A stretch of DNA of 64,000 nucleotides, taken from Obrimoposthia wandeli (taxonomy: Eukaryota). Position 1 is the first letter of the stretch. The number at the start of each line of letters is the position of its first letter. The notes under the pieces are model-generated. The model was not told the DNA's origin. It worked only from the letters and a program-made list of their open reading frames with translations, and did no database searches. The position numbers were made by a program, and so were the translations under genes. Shown piece after piece: positions 1 to 12,500 of the stretch. The stretch is from contig CDROCS010001043.1 in the NCBI GenBank assembly GCA_977020255.1, positions 868,001-932,000 of the forward strand, read 5' to 3'.

Positions 1-357
1 AAAATAGGTAAGTAGTAAATGTTCACTAAATTTTTAAGAAAGGTTTATTTCAATCCCGTAAAAATATTTTAAACATTTAACTGCTGGTATAATTGATTTA
101 TTGATGAAATATTTTTTTATATTTGGCATGCATTTCGATTAATCATTTAAAATTTCATTTTTTAAAGAATTATATTATAGTGCAAAAATAAAAATCATAA
201 ATTGAAGGGTAACTTAGCCTTTTCACATAATTTTACTTTAATTTTTCAAAGATAAAATTAAATAATAAATTTGACATCGAATATATTTTAATTTTTTCAA
301 ATAAGTACTCTTTCAACAATTAATTTTCTCAAATTATTTGTAACAAATGTAATTCAG

Positions 358-529
358 TGAGGTTTCCCTGGTGACTGCTGACGCGTTTGTGATGTTTTAC
401 GACAGCGGCATCGGCAAATGGATGGCAAGTGGCAGCACCGATTCTGTGGCAATCGCCAAAGTGCAAATACTGCAGAATCTGATATCGAATCAGTTCAAAA
501 TCTTTGCTTGGAACCCTAATAATAAGGAG
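358..529 (+). CDS. ena: Ena/VASP exon: EVH1 N-terminal half
   Basis: ttcag|T GAG GTT...AAG GAG|gtaaga. Aligns to the SEQSICQARAAVMVYD...KW region of Ena/VASP proteins. Confidence 0.9.
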
Positions 530-3500
530 GTAAGAAAATTTTTAAGATACTCCCGACATTTCTAGGAAGTTAATTAGTATTCGTTTAAAAGATTGTAATT
601 GCTATTCAAGTAAAACTAATATTTAATATTGATGTTTATGGTAAATATTCTAATTACTTTTAAAAGAAAAATAGTAATATTTTGTAAGATAATTTTTATA
701 TCTTTGAAAAATGAAGGCAAATAATTATTTATTGACATGTGGTGATAATAAACGGTTAATTACACATTTTATTATTTAGTTTTTGGGACCTCAAAGGCAT
801 ATAACGTTGTGATTACGCATTTGATGTGACTTGTTGACTATGTCAGACGATATTTCCTCACATTATTCTCAAACATAAGTTGTTAGTGTTTTATATTCAC
901 AGGATTACTTTCCTCTACATTTACGTCATCTTTTCCAGCCGGTATTCAACAAACATTTTTTTCAATAAGTAATAAAACTCTGAAGGAACTGAAATTTTGC
1001 AAGCAAGTTGTGATCGATGTCTGGCCACCATTTCCAAAGTTTCATTCAAAAATATTTATTCCTTCCGGACATATTCTCCCGCAAAGCCGGTTTGACAGCA
1101 TTTATACATTTCTGCAACTAAATATCGAAATTTCAATTTCCGGCTCGCGCAACCACCGAACACAATCTACTGAAATTTGGCAAGCAAGTTGTGATCGATG
1201 TCTGACAACCATTTCCAAAGTTTCATTCAACAACAACAAAAAGTTCAAGGGTCCAAAGATATGACTCATTATTCTTAAAACCTTTATAAGACCTTGTCAG
1301 TAATATATATCCTTTATTTTTATTTCTTAAAACCATACTATTTGGTGGGTTTAACACATATACGTGTTGATTATTCAATCCGTTCAATGGTTCCAGAGAT
1401 ATGAGGTACCAAAAGTCTATATTAAGGGGAAAATGTTGAAGTATTAAAACAAAACATCTGATCCGTTCCAAAACGTAATGCAAAGTAGGAATAGAGCTTT
1501 ACAAGTGTTTAAATCCATCCGTAATACAATCGGAGTTGTAATTGTTGCTAAAGTTGGGATCTAATGGGCAACTTTATGAATCTTGGGACCATTATTGATG
1601 GAAAGGTATGAATAATTTTAATAAACAATGATAGTCATTTCCATTTGTCTTATTGATATCTACATTCTGTGTGAATTTCAACTTTAAAATAACATGCACT
1701 GATTATATAAGTGTTTGGTCATACTTGGCAAAAATATCTGAAATTTCACCAAGAATTTATAAAATTTGAACCATACATCATAATCAAGCCAAACTTTCCC
1801 TGAAATATTAATATTTTTTTCTAATCTTTGGTTTTCGGTCCTTTAGACTACTGATAATCCATTCCAACCACCTAGAGTTGTGTATGAGTACTATACGTTA
1901 CCCAAAAACCCGATTTAAGGTCCCCAAATGGCCCAAAAATTTCCCAACTACCACTGGGGGTATTCCAGTGTGGTGGAAATTGCTATAGACTTGTTGGATA
2001 TGGGTTAAAAAGATATTCCACCACAATTTCAAGTCTCCAAAATTTGTCATCTGGGAAATTCGTAGAAACCGAATATGCTATATTCACCCACATTTTGTAC
2101 AACCTGAACCACAGGTGCTACAGTATCGATTCAAGTACCAAAATGTAGGAAATCAAAAGATAATAAGGTTCGCTTAACATAGTTTATTATAATTATAATT
2201 CCTTCATTGAATTTGGTCAATAGGTCATATTTGAGGGTTTCTTCTGTAGGCTAAACCAAGAGTGCCCCGACAAAACGGTCTTCTCCAATCGCTAGATGGA
2301 AGTCCATATACCTTAAGTACAGGATATCTCCAAATATAAGATTTTGAAAATGTCTATTTGAAAATTAGTCCAAATTTTGGTGAATTTGTCACTTCATGAA
2401 CATTTTGAGTAACTCATTCCCCAGATCCGACCAATATATTTCATCACATATTTTTATATTCCTATATACTATATCGATGATCAGGAACACGATGGTGCCA
2501 TCCATATTGCTCATCTGGGATTGGAAATCACCGAAAATGGACCTTGTAGTATCATATTTTGACCATTTAAAGGCTCTATTGATATAACTTTGGCCACATA
2601 ATATTCCTTGTATTGAAAACTTCTAGAAACATAGATTAAAGTATTTTGAACACTATACAAAAAGCCGTTGGTCAATAGGACTCATGGTTGAGGAGATCCG
2701 CATTGACCAACATCTCACCCCACTATATTAGAGATAGTAAACGTACCACTCAGTGCAGGTTATTTAGACAGTGCTATGAAGTTGAAATTCACACAGAATG
2801 TAGATATCAATAAGACAAATGGAAATGACTATCATTGTTTATTAAAATTATTCATACCTTTCCATCAATAATGGTCCCAAGATTCCTAAAGTTGCCCTTT
2901 AGATCCCAACTTTAGCAACAATTACAACTCCAATTGTCTTACGGGTGGATTTAAACACTTGTAAAGCTATATTCCTACTTTGTATTACGTTTTGGAACGA
3001 ATCGAATGTTTTGTTTTAATACTTCAACATTTTCCCCCTAATATAGATTTTTGGTATCTCTGGAACCATTGGACGGATTGAATAATCAACATGAGTATCT
3101 GTTTAACCCACCAAATAGTATGGTTTTAAGAAATAAAGATAAAGGTTATATACTACTGACAAGGTCTTATAAAGGTTTTAAGATTAATGAGTCATATCTT
3201 TGGACCCTTGAACTTTTTTGTTGTTGAATGAAACTTTGGAAATGGTTGTCAGACATCGATCACAACTTGCTTGCCAAATTTCAGTAGTTTGTGTTCGGTT
3301 AATGCGCGAGCCGGAAATTGAAATTTCAATATTTAGTTGCAGAAATGTATAAATGCTGGTCGTTCCAGGTTTGTACACAAATATCTCCGGAAGGAATAAA
3401 TATTTTTGAATGAAACTTTGGAAATGGTGGCCAGACATCGATCACAACTTGCTTGCAAAATTTCATTTTCATCGGAGTTTTATTACTTATTGAAATATTT

Positions 3501-6500
3501 TTTTTATTTGAATTCCGGCTGGAAAAGATGCCGTCTACATTTTACTCTACAAACACTTTCAATTCGATTTATATATGCGAGTTTGATGACTGGATTTTAT
3601 GACTGTAAACTATGTTGTGTCAAATACGTTCTAGTTAGTCACAATTCGTGTGGTGTAGCGTCATCTTTTCCAGTGGAATTTAAAATTAGTAAACGTATGG
3701 GTTGTATTTTCCTCTTTTTCCGTAATGAACACCAAGTTTTTTAAAAGATCCGAAGTTTATCCGAAAAGATGTCCTGAATAAACTGTACTCTTATAAAAAA
3801 GTAAGATAAAATTAAATAATATGAAATGAATTCAACAAAATCTACAATCGAGTGTTTTCATATACTTATGAGGCCTTTAGAAATAGACACGAGTGATGAA
3901 ATTTCTAAACAATATCAAGCGTGAACTTAATTTCTTTTTTACCATTAACATTTATCTTCTAAATTTTTTTAATATTTATGGTAAATAAAAACTGGAATGT
4001 AATTGACCAGTATTTCATGCCAAATACATTTAAGTTTCTAGCATCAGAATAAGCTCTATATGAGGCTATTCGGAACCATTTACCGGTAAAGCCTTTCGGT
4101 AAACATCAGTAACTGTGATCTCTCGAAAATGGTTTACGTTTATTGAATTAAACACGAGTGTGCGGTAGGGGTGAATTTGCCAAAATGTAGGCTGCGAAAT
4201 TCAAATTATGTTGTGGAATGCTCATCCTCGACGAACGTTGTCCGCCAATCCGTCGAACCTCGTGTTTAATGGGCTGTAGCTTCACCAATTATAACATAAC
4301 TATATTGTTTTATTGTCTTTGTTTACACCTTGTTTAATTTTCAGTTAATATAAAAATCGAATAAATTTTCATATTTCAATCAAAATGTGTAAGGAAAAAA
4401 TTCCTACTAATTTTCCTAGTTGGTTTGGCAGCTGCTACAAGTGCTGCTAATGGACTTGGTGAAACGGCAAGATCTGTGATATCAAATCCAAAAAACTTAA
4501 TTTAATCTCTCAAAGAAAATACACTCAAGAAAACCAAAATTTTGATTCCAAAATGAAAAGAGCATGCTGTTGAAATTTTAAATAAGGTCGCAAATTACTT
4601 CAACAAGATGGAAAGGGTCTTAAACGTAAAATAAATCATTTAAATAGTATAAACAAACGTCTTAAAAGTACTATTTTCCAAAATGACTAGTGTCAAATCT
4701 GAATTGTGTATTTTCGATAGACCATTACCACAAGTAGTGATTGAAAATTCATGTTTTTAAGAAATATTTCCAATCAAATCGATCATTGGTGGAAATTTGA
4801 ATGACATTGAATTTGATATTCACACATATGAAGAAGATTATTTGGATTTGAATGATACTTTGCTAAATATTAAATTAAAAGTTGTAAATGAAGATGGTAC
4901 TGATTTAACTCAAGACTGTGATGTAACTCCAAAGAATTATATGTTTAAAACTTTGTTTAGATGTGTGATTCTAACACTTAATAATGTAAAGATTGATAAG
5001 GTAACGGATGGCATTCCCATAAGGCTATATTCGATACTCTTTTGAATTTTAGTAGTGATACCAAGTATACTAACCTTGAATGTTCCGGGTATGATGATGA
5101 TGCAGAAAGACATAAACAATGGATTAGTGAATCTAAAGTATTTCCTTGTGTAATTCAATTAGATTAGATCTCTTTGATCAGCCAAATTATTTAATTCCAG
5201 GGAATCATGTTCTTTAAAGATTAATGAGAAATCAGCATAATTTTTACTACTCAGATACCAAAAACTGGTAATTTAAGACTTGACATTAGATTTAATTATC
5301 CTCTTGCTGTTCCTACTAGTGTTTTAATATATGGAATTTTTGATTCCGAAATTCAGAATACAAAAAATAAAACTGTGATTGTATGAAGTAAGCTTAATGG
5401 TATTTTATTTAAATTAATACTCTTGAAATTTATAAATCTGGCAAAATATTGTTGAATAACAAATATAATAGAGTAAATTCATTGGATAAAATTCCGTCAT
5501 TGAAACCTGTCATTAATACTCATATTTCAAATTTACCAGGTAAACATTGGATAGTGTTATTCATTGACAAGTTCGAGATTCGGGTGTTTGATCATTTTGG
5601 ATTCTATTTTCCTCCAAAGTTGGTGTCTACACTTTAAAAAGAAAACTTTCCAGTCTACTATACTCGAGTTAAATGTCAAAATCCATTTACTAAAAACTGC
5701 AAACCTCTGAGTCTTTTATTGTTGAAACTGCAATATAAATGATTTTAAGTATAAACAAATATAACGTTTTAGTATTTTATATTTCTTCTAATAGCTTTTA
5801 TGGATTTAGAGTGTTTTATTGATAATAATGAAGATTATATTCTTAAAGAATTATGTATAATGTATGTAAATGACATGACTAGTTCATTTCATTACGTTTT
5901 AAAGAATCAAATTCCGTGGAATAGTTTAGCATTTTCAGTTAAAAGAATAAATCTATATTTAATAAATCATCATCATCAAATATCCTGGCTTGGAGGTGAA
6001 AGCTTTGATATTCATATTTATGATCAAGAAACAATATTCTATTTTATGGATTCTATTGACGGCAAGAAGATTAATTTAGTAAAACAAATATTTCCAAATT
6101 TAAGAATTGTGAATTATAATGAAAGTTTCAAAAAATTAAAGAAAATGCCAGGAAATATTCGATGTTCATTTAGAAAACATTGTGCTTATTTAAAATGTTT
6201 TTTCTCTATGTATTGATTATGTAAATTGTATATAAATATATTTTTTAATGATATTGTTATTTTATATATTTTTAAATTTATAGATAATGTTAATTTATTC
6301 TTTAAAAAAATGTTTAAAGGCATCTAATGTCAACATAAAGGTTTTTGGTCAAATGTTAAATTAAAAAACACTTTTGTTTAAATGCGTCAATTTTAACATT
6401 TTTTGTGCGTGTGCACACATGCAAGTGTTGGTGTGTGCACACAGGGGCTCAGGTGGGTTTTACGTTGTTTAAAGTATTTTTAAAATATGTAAAAATAGTC

Positions 6501-9500
6501 AAATTTTACTGTATAATTTTCTACAAACTTTATGAAATTAAAACAAAGCAACAATACTTAAGTAATTTTTTTGAAAGTGTGGGGAATTAAAAGTATCTGC
6601 GTGTGTTTACTAGTAACATAGTTTTCTTTGAAAAAAAGCTTTACCATACTCCAATACACAATGAGAGGTTGAAAGATTGGCTTTTTTGAATTTATAAATT
6701 TTATATTACTGTACTTTGCATTTACATTGCATACCTTTGCTATTAATTGATTAATTAAAAAGTTGTATTTAATCACCAAATTATTTAGAAAATTCATCCT
6801 TAAATTCGGTAATAATATCAATCATTTTATTTAAATTTAATTGAGCATTTAATTATGAAAATGAGCCAGTCGTTTTTTTATATGTCACAAACAGCTCTTC
6901 AAATAGACCAAGAATAACATGACAGTAGGCAAGCGGGCCGGCAAATTTAAAGAATTCGGTCATTTGGTTATTTCTCGTACGGTAATGAGCTATGGAAACC
7001 GTTACGTGAAGTAATCTTATTTAATTCAATCTTGAAGATAAAGATTCGGCTTTTTCTTTCGACAATTATCGATCTCTAACTAAAACATTCAAGTTCTCGT
7101 ATTTTAATAATTCGGGATCGGATTTCTGAAGATCATCATTGTACATGAGTCATCACATATTAAATCACTGCACATATCTTTATCCAGTTGTCAAATACAA
7201 CGTTATTCTTGGGAACTGGGATGGTTAAAATGTCATCACTGGTATCATTGCAGATTCAAAATTAGGATATACTCTTTTACCCTTTGTATTTAATGAACAT
7301 CCTTTCACATCTGTACAATAAAAATAACAATCTTTCACACGGTCTTTGGGTTCTCGCCACAACATGAGTATGGCAAATGTCATCGACTTCTTTCGATTGT
7401 TGTACCAGTCGCGTAAGCCATTGCTACGGAATATGAAGAGTCCAAGGCTTATCCTGATCTCCGATCGAAATATACCTGTAAAGATTCTTGATATCTGTTG
7501 CTATCTTGCATCTGTTAATTGAATTGTAAAATGACTGCGACAAAAACATGAAATTTAAAACAAATAAATTAACATTGAATAAAATTTATGTCCTAGAACA
7601 AATTAGATTTTTGTTGTTAAAATCAACGTTTTAAAATATATCTAAAAACTTTATCCTTATTTTTGATCATTTTTGGGTGTTGACCTGTGTTATCTACATT
7701 TACCCCGCTACAATTGACGGTGTTCGGACAAATGAATATTTAAAAAACTATAGTGTGATAATGATAGTTACCAGTTCATGTGTGTTTCGACAGGTACTGG
7801 TGACGTCCGTCATCTACCATAACCTGCGCTACCAGAAGGCTCATGCCACCTTCCACGAGTGGCGCGATACAGACACTCAGGTCGTCTACGGGATTCATTT
7901 TGCCGATTCCCGAGAAGCCGGGCGGTTCGGTGACGTCATCTCTAAGATATTTGCCTCGCTGGAAGTAATCTACAAGCAGTGCAAAGAACTTCAGGTTGGC
8001 TCCCAACTCTACGGTATAGCCCAATTTATATTGCTCACGTTCAACGTGTTGTGAGAATAATGGGGTGGACATCAGTACTTCTATTGATAATCTTTTATTG
8101 TAGGAGACCATCAGGTCGCAATCGGTCGTGTCTCAATCAGATCTGCAGCAGCATCAACCTCCACCGCCGCGCTCACCGTCCATACACTATGGCGGTCCAG
8201 TGATGAAGGCATCTCCAGCTGCTGCTGCTGCTAATGTGACCAGTGCCACCATGAACAACAACCGCAAGCAATCAACTCCCAGCATAAGCTATGATGACGG
8301 CAGTGGTCCTCAGCAGCAACAGCAGCAATTACCCAACTACGAGAATATCCATGTCCTTCTCAAGCAACACCAATATCAGACTCAGGTTAGTGGAATCTGC
8401 TGCTTCTGGTTCAGAAAAAACAGGGATTGCAGAGGGAATTTGTGACAATTTCCATATGAAAAGTTTCCATCTTTCATTGGTTTTAAAAAAAGTGAATGAG
8501 TGTATGTGTGTGTGTGAGAGTGTTTGAGTGACTGTGTAATCGAGTGGGTATAAAATTGTGCAGATCAGTGATTATGGAAGTGTTCCTGTGACGCAGACCC
8601 ATCGGCCCAGTGAAACAAGTCTAGCGGCTGCAGCGGCAGCAGTGGAAACCCGATGCCAGTCCTCCTCTGACGACAGTGTCCGTGGTCTGAGACGCCAACC
8701 TTCATCTGCAAGCAGCGGGTACGCCACAGTGGCCAGTCTCGCTGACCAGTACTCCCCTGCATCGGCAGCCGCCACTCCTGGCCAGTTTATGATGGATCCC
8801 AATTGTCCTGCAGTTGTTTCAGGTGAGCTATTCATATCACCTTGTACTTCTGTGTTCCACAATGTAACTTTAGCCTGAAATTCTTTCATTTATCTGTACT
8901 GATTTTTGCACTGATTAAGAATATCGTATTTATATTCGTAGATGTCCTAAAGTTTTTGAAAATATATGGAATATGTAATTGGTAATTATTATTATAATTC
9001 TTACTATTTATAATCCTTATTATGTAATAGTAATTAAAAATTGCATAATCCTTATTTTTCAAAGCATCAACAAATATTCAAATATTAGTTAAACTTACTT
9101 ATTTTAAATGTATTCTTTATTGTAGTTATATAACCTCTAATGAACACCAGACGGTGCAAAATTGATCGCAACCATTTCTGTTATATATGTGGTGTTTATT
9201 TATTTAAAGGACACAGAAAACCAATAACCTATATTATCAAGTCCAGATTCCATGTATATTTTAAGATGAAAATAGGAGATCAAAACAAAGCATTCGCTCC
9301 TAATACGGTATGTAGAACATGTTCTTCTAATTTGTCATTGTGGTCTAGCGGAAAGCTTAAGAAAATGCCATTTTATACATCAATGGGTTGGCGTGAGCAG
9401 AAACACCATTTTACAGACTGTTATTTAAAAGTTTCCTATTCCTTTAGTTACTTGCAGCTCGGAAATTTCAAGTAATGAGCTTAACCAAGTAGAAAATGAA

Positions 9501-12500
9501 TAGCAATATGATGATGAAAGTAATAAGAAAATTAATCAACAGCAATTAGAAAAGTTAAAAGTTGGTTAAAACTCGGAAATTATCTAAAAACGATGCATAT
9601 GTAGCAGGTTATATGTTAAAGGAATTCGGAGGATTGGCTCATGAAACTCGATTTTCTACGTATTATAGAAATAGGCATATGTCGTTTTTTACAATAGAGA
9701 TGAAGTAATAAAATTGTATATTGCTGTAATTTTCCAGGTTCATTTGATAAATTGGGGAAAATATCTGATGTTAAAAAAGAGAGTTGTGGCTTTTTATTGA
9801 TGGTAGTAAATCAGATTTAAAAGCTGTTCTACTACATAAACCAAACAAATATCCAGCTATACCAATAGCTTATTCAAGAGAGCTAAAAAAATGTTACAAT
9901 GTGTTTAAGTTAATATTTGAAAAAATCAATATAATGAATTTCTATGGGATGCTGGAGGAGATTTTAAATTAATAGCTATACTCACTGGAATGCAACAAGG
10001 TTTCACAAAATTTTTGGGACTGTAGATGCAGAATAAATCATTATTGCAAGACTAATTGGCCAGCTCGCATTAATCGAATTTCAGGACAAGAAAACATTAA
10101 AAATGTAAAAACGTTAAAATATAAAGCTTTAAACGGAGAACCAGACAAAATTCTAAGAGGCATATTTTCAGAAGCTAAGATAAAAGAGGGAATAGTTGTT
10201 GGACCAGATATTAGAAAATTGATGAAGAATGAAGATTTTAAAAAACATTAAATAAAGTTGAATACGGAGCCTGGAAAGTTTAATAAACAATATAGAAAAT
10301 TTCTTGGGAACATAGCGTTCACCTAATTACAAAGATATTGTTGCAGAAATGTTACAAACATTTAAATGTATGGGAGTGAAAATGTCATTTAAGATTCATT
10401 TTCTCAGTAGTCATATTGATTTTTTCCGGAAGATTTAGGAAAGGTAAGTGATGAACATGGTAAAGGCTTTCATCAAACTTTTAGTACTATAGAAAATCGT
10501 TTCCAAGGTCGAGCTGATGAAAGAATGATGTCAGGTTTCTGTTGGATTTTACAAATCCAATAGTGTTTTTAAATATAATTTATTGTTTGTGTAATAAAAA
10601 TTGTATTTTTAATTTTTTTTCTTGATTTTGAATACAGTTATATAATCAAATATAAAATTGTATTTATCTCGTTAAATTTAAGACATACAGAAATATGAAT
10701 ACCAGATTCGTTTTCAGTGCGAAAAATGCTATCAGATAGACATATTAAGATGCTGGATTAACTTTCACTTTCGTGCAGTGTAATATAATAAAGAACAGGT
10801 TTAAACGAATCATTGAAAACAATTACTGTGTGAAAACTAAGGAAAGAAGCAAATAATAAACAATAAAAAGAGCTCCTACCAAAATTATATATGAATATTT
10901 AAAATTTCCTACAATCTATTTGAATTTTATGTTTTTATTTCGTTATCAATTTTTGAGACGACGTGGTCACTTTCTTATCATTTGAGATCATTTTTACTGT
11001 TAAAGTAAATTTACCTATATAGGGAATAAATACACTTTTGCATAAATGGCAGCAATGTGCTGATGCTTATGGTTCTTATTTTGATTAAATAAACTTAGTT
11101 TTGGAAAGTTATTAACTTTTGAGTTTTAATATAAAAATACGACATTTCATATGTAGCAACCTTTATAGTAAAGTGGCACTTTACTGTACACTTAAAAAGA
11201 CAAGAAAATAGGTGTCACATGACATGTTGTTAACTAATAATTTTCGAATTGTTTCTTTTGAAGAACTTCGATCTTGCGATCACCATCAATTGACAAATAA
11301 ACTCTCCCACAGACGTCATGATCTTGCGATATATTCTCTATATATTTATAATCAATTCTGATTCTCCCAAATAGTTACTGAAAGTGGGAAGCAGCTTGTG
11401 AAAGTTGGTTAGTTTAATCTGAATCCTTCCGGGTCGACAGATGCGACAAATACCCTCGGATTCCTCTGTAGACAGAACTGTAAATGAGAAAAGGCAGTGT
11501 AGAAAAACCATCAATCAATAATTTGTGGCTGTGAAAATCAATCATAAGTTGGTCACAGTGAACGTGTATTCCGCAAATAGCCGTATCAAATTTATGGCGG
11601 AATAAACACTATACACAGCCTTTATCCGTAAACAATTTGAATTCCTACAATATTCACTAAACAGTTATTCGCTGAATAATCTGGAATTTGAAAAAAGAGT
11701 GTTTTTTGTTTCGATCAATATTTCAAAAACTGTCTGAAGAATTTTTAGATTCATCATGAGATAAACTAAAATAATCACAATTTTACTGTTTTTCAATTAC
11801 AGGATTATGTCTGTTGTCAGATACATCAGATAAATACCTTACTTCTCTTGCGAGGACATACGATGCCAGTAACTGTTTCCATGCTTAACTTCACTTGCTC
11901 ACCCCCAACAAAATGAGCTATTTCGTAGCTTAATTCTGTAGAAATTGGCCAGTCAGATTATTTACTTTATCAAGTCGTGTCTGGCCAGAAAAATTACATT
12001 TTGATTCATATGTGTAACAGTTTGATATGAAATAATTGGAAAATATTTTATATGATTAATATGATATTTTATTTTCAATTAAAAGCGGAATTACGAATAA
12101 GAGCCATATTTTCTTGGTGAAACAGGGAGTAGAACGTCCGATAGAGATTTCTGCCAACAGATTTGGTGAATTCTATGTTACATTTTTAAAGTCAGTCCAT
12201 CAGATTTAATCGGTGAGTAATTCCTTATTTCGGTTCCTGTTGCAGCTGTGGATGACACGAATCGAGACAGAAACTGTGTGTTTGTGAGTGCAGTACCTGC
12301 AGTGCACAGTGCCAGGTCGGTGTATGTTTTGTATGTGTGTGTGAATTTGGATTTCAGATTTTGGAACAGTCGACGAAGTGATGGACTGTGATACTGCACT
12401 TTTTGTTGAAACACAGCTGCAACTTGGATTCGATTTGCAAGCCTACACTCGGAAAAAATTAACCGATCATATTTATAATGAAAAAAAATGTTTGCATACT

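Larger units (their letters stand above)
4384..6470 (+). mobile_element. Decayed Polinton/Maverick remnant within the Ena intron at 530-7793
   Basis: Collinear broken homologs of the small pre-capsid ORF, major capsid, protease and DEDD-like ORF found in the intact element at 51-58 kb. Confidence 0.8.

Noticed and set aside
1010-3744. ORFs in the foldback arms (e.g. 1010-1264, 3184-3438)
   Set aside because: They mirror each other only because of the inverted repeat and show no recognisable domain.
7776-8889. Antisense ORFs over Ena exons, and similar shadows over viral genes
   Set aside because: Shadow ORFs of GC-richer coding sequence on the opposite strand.
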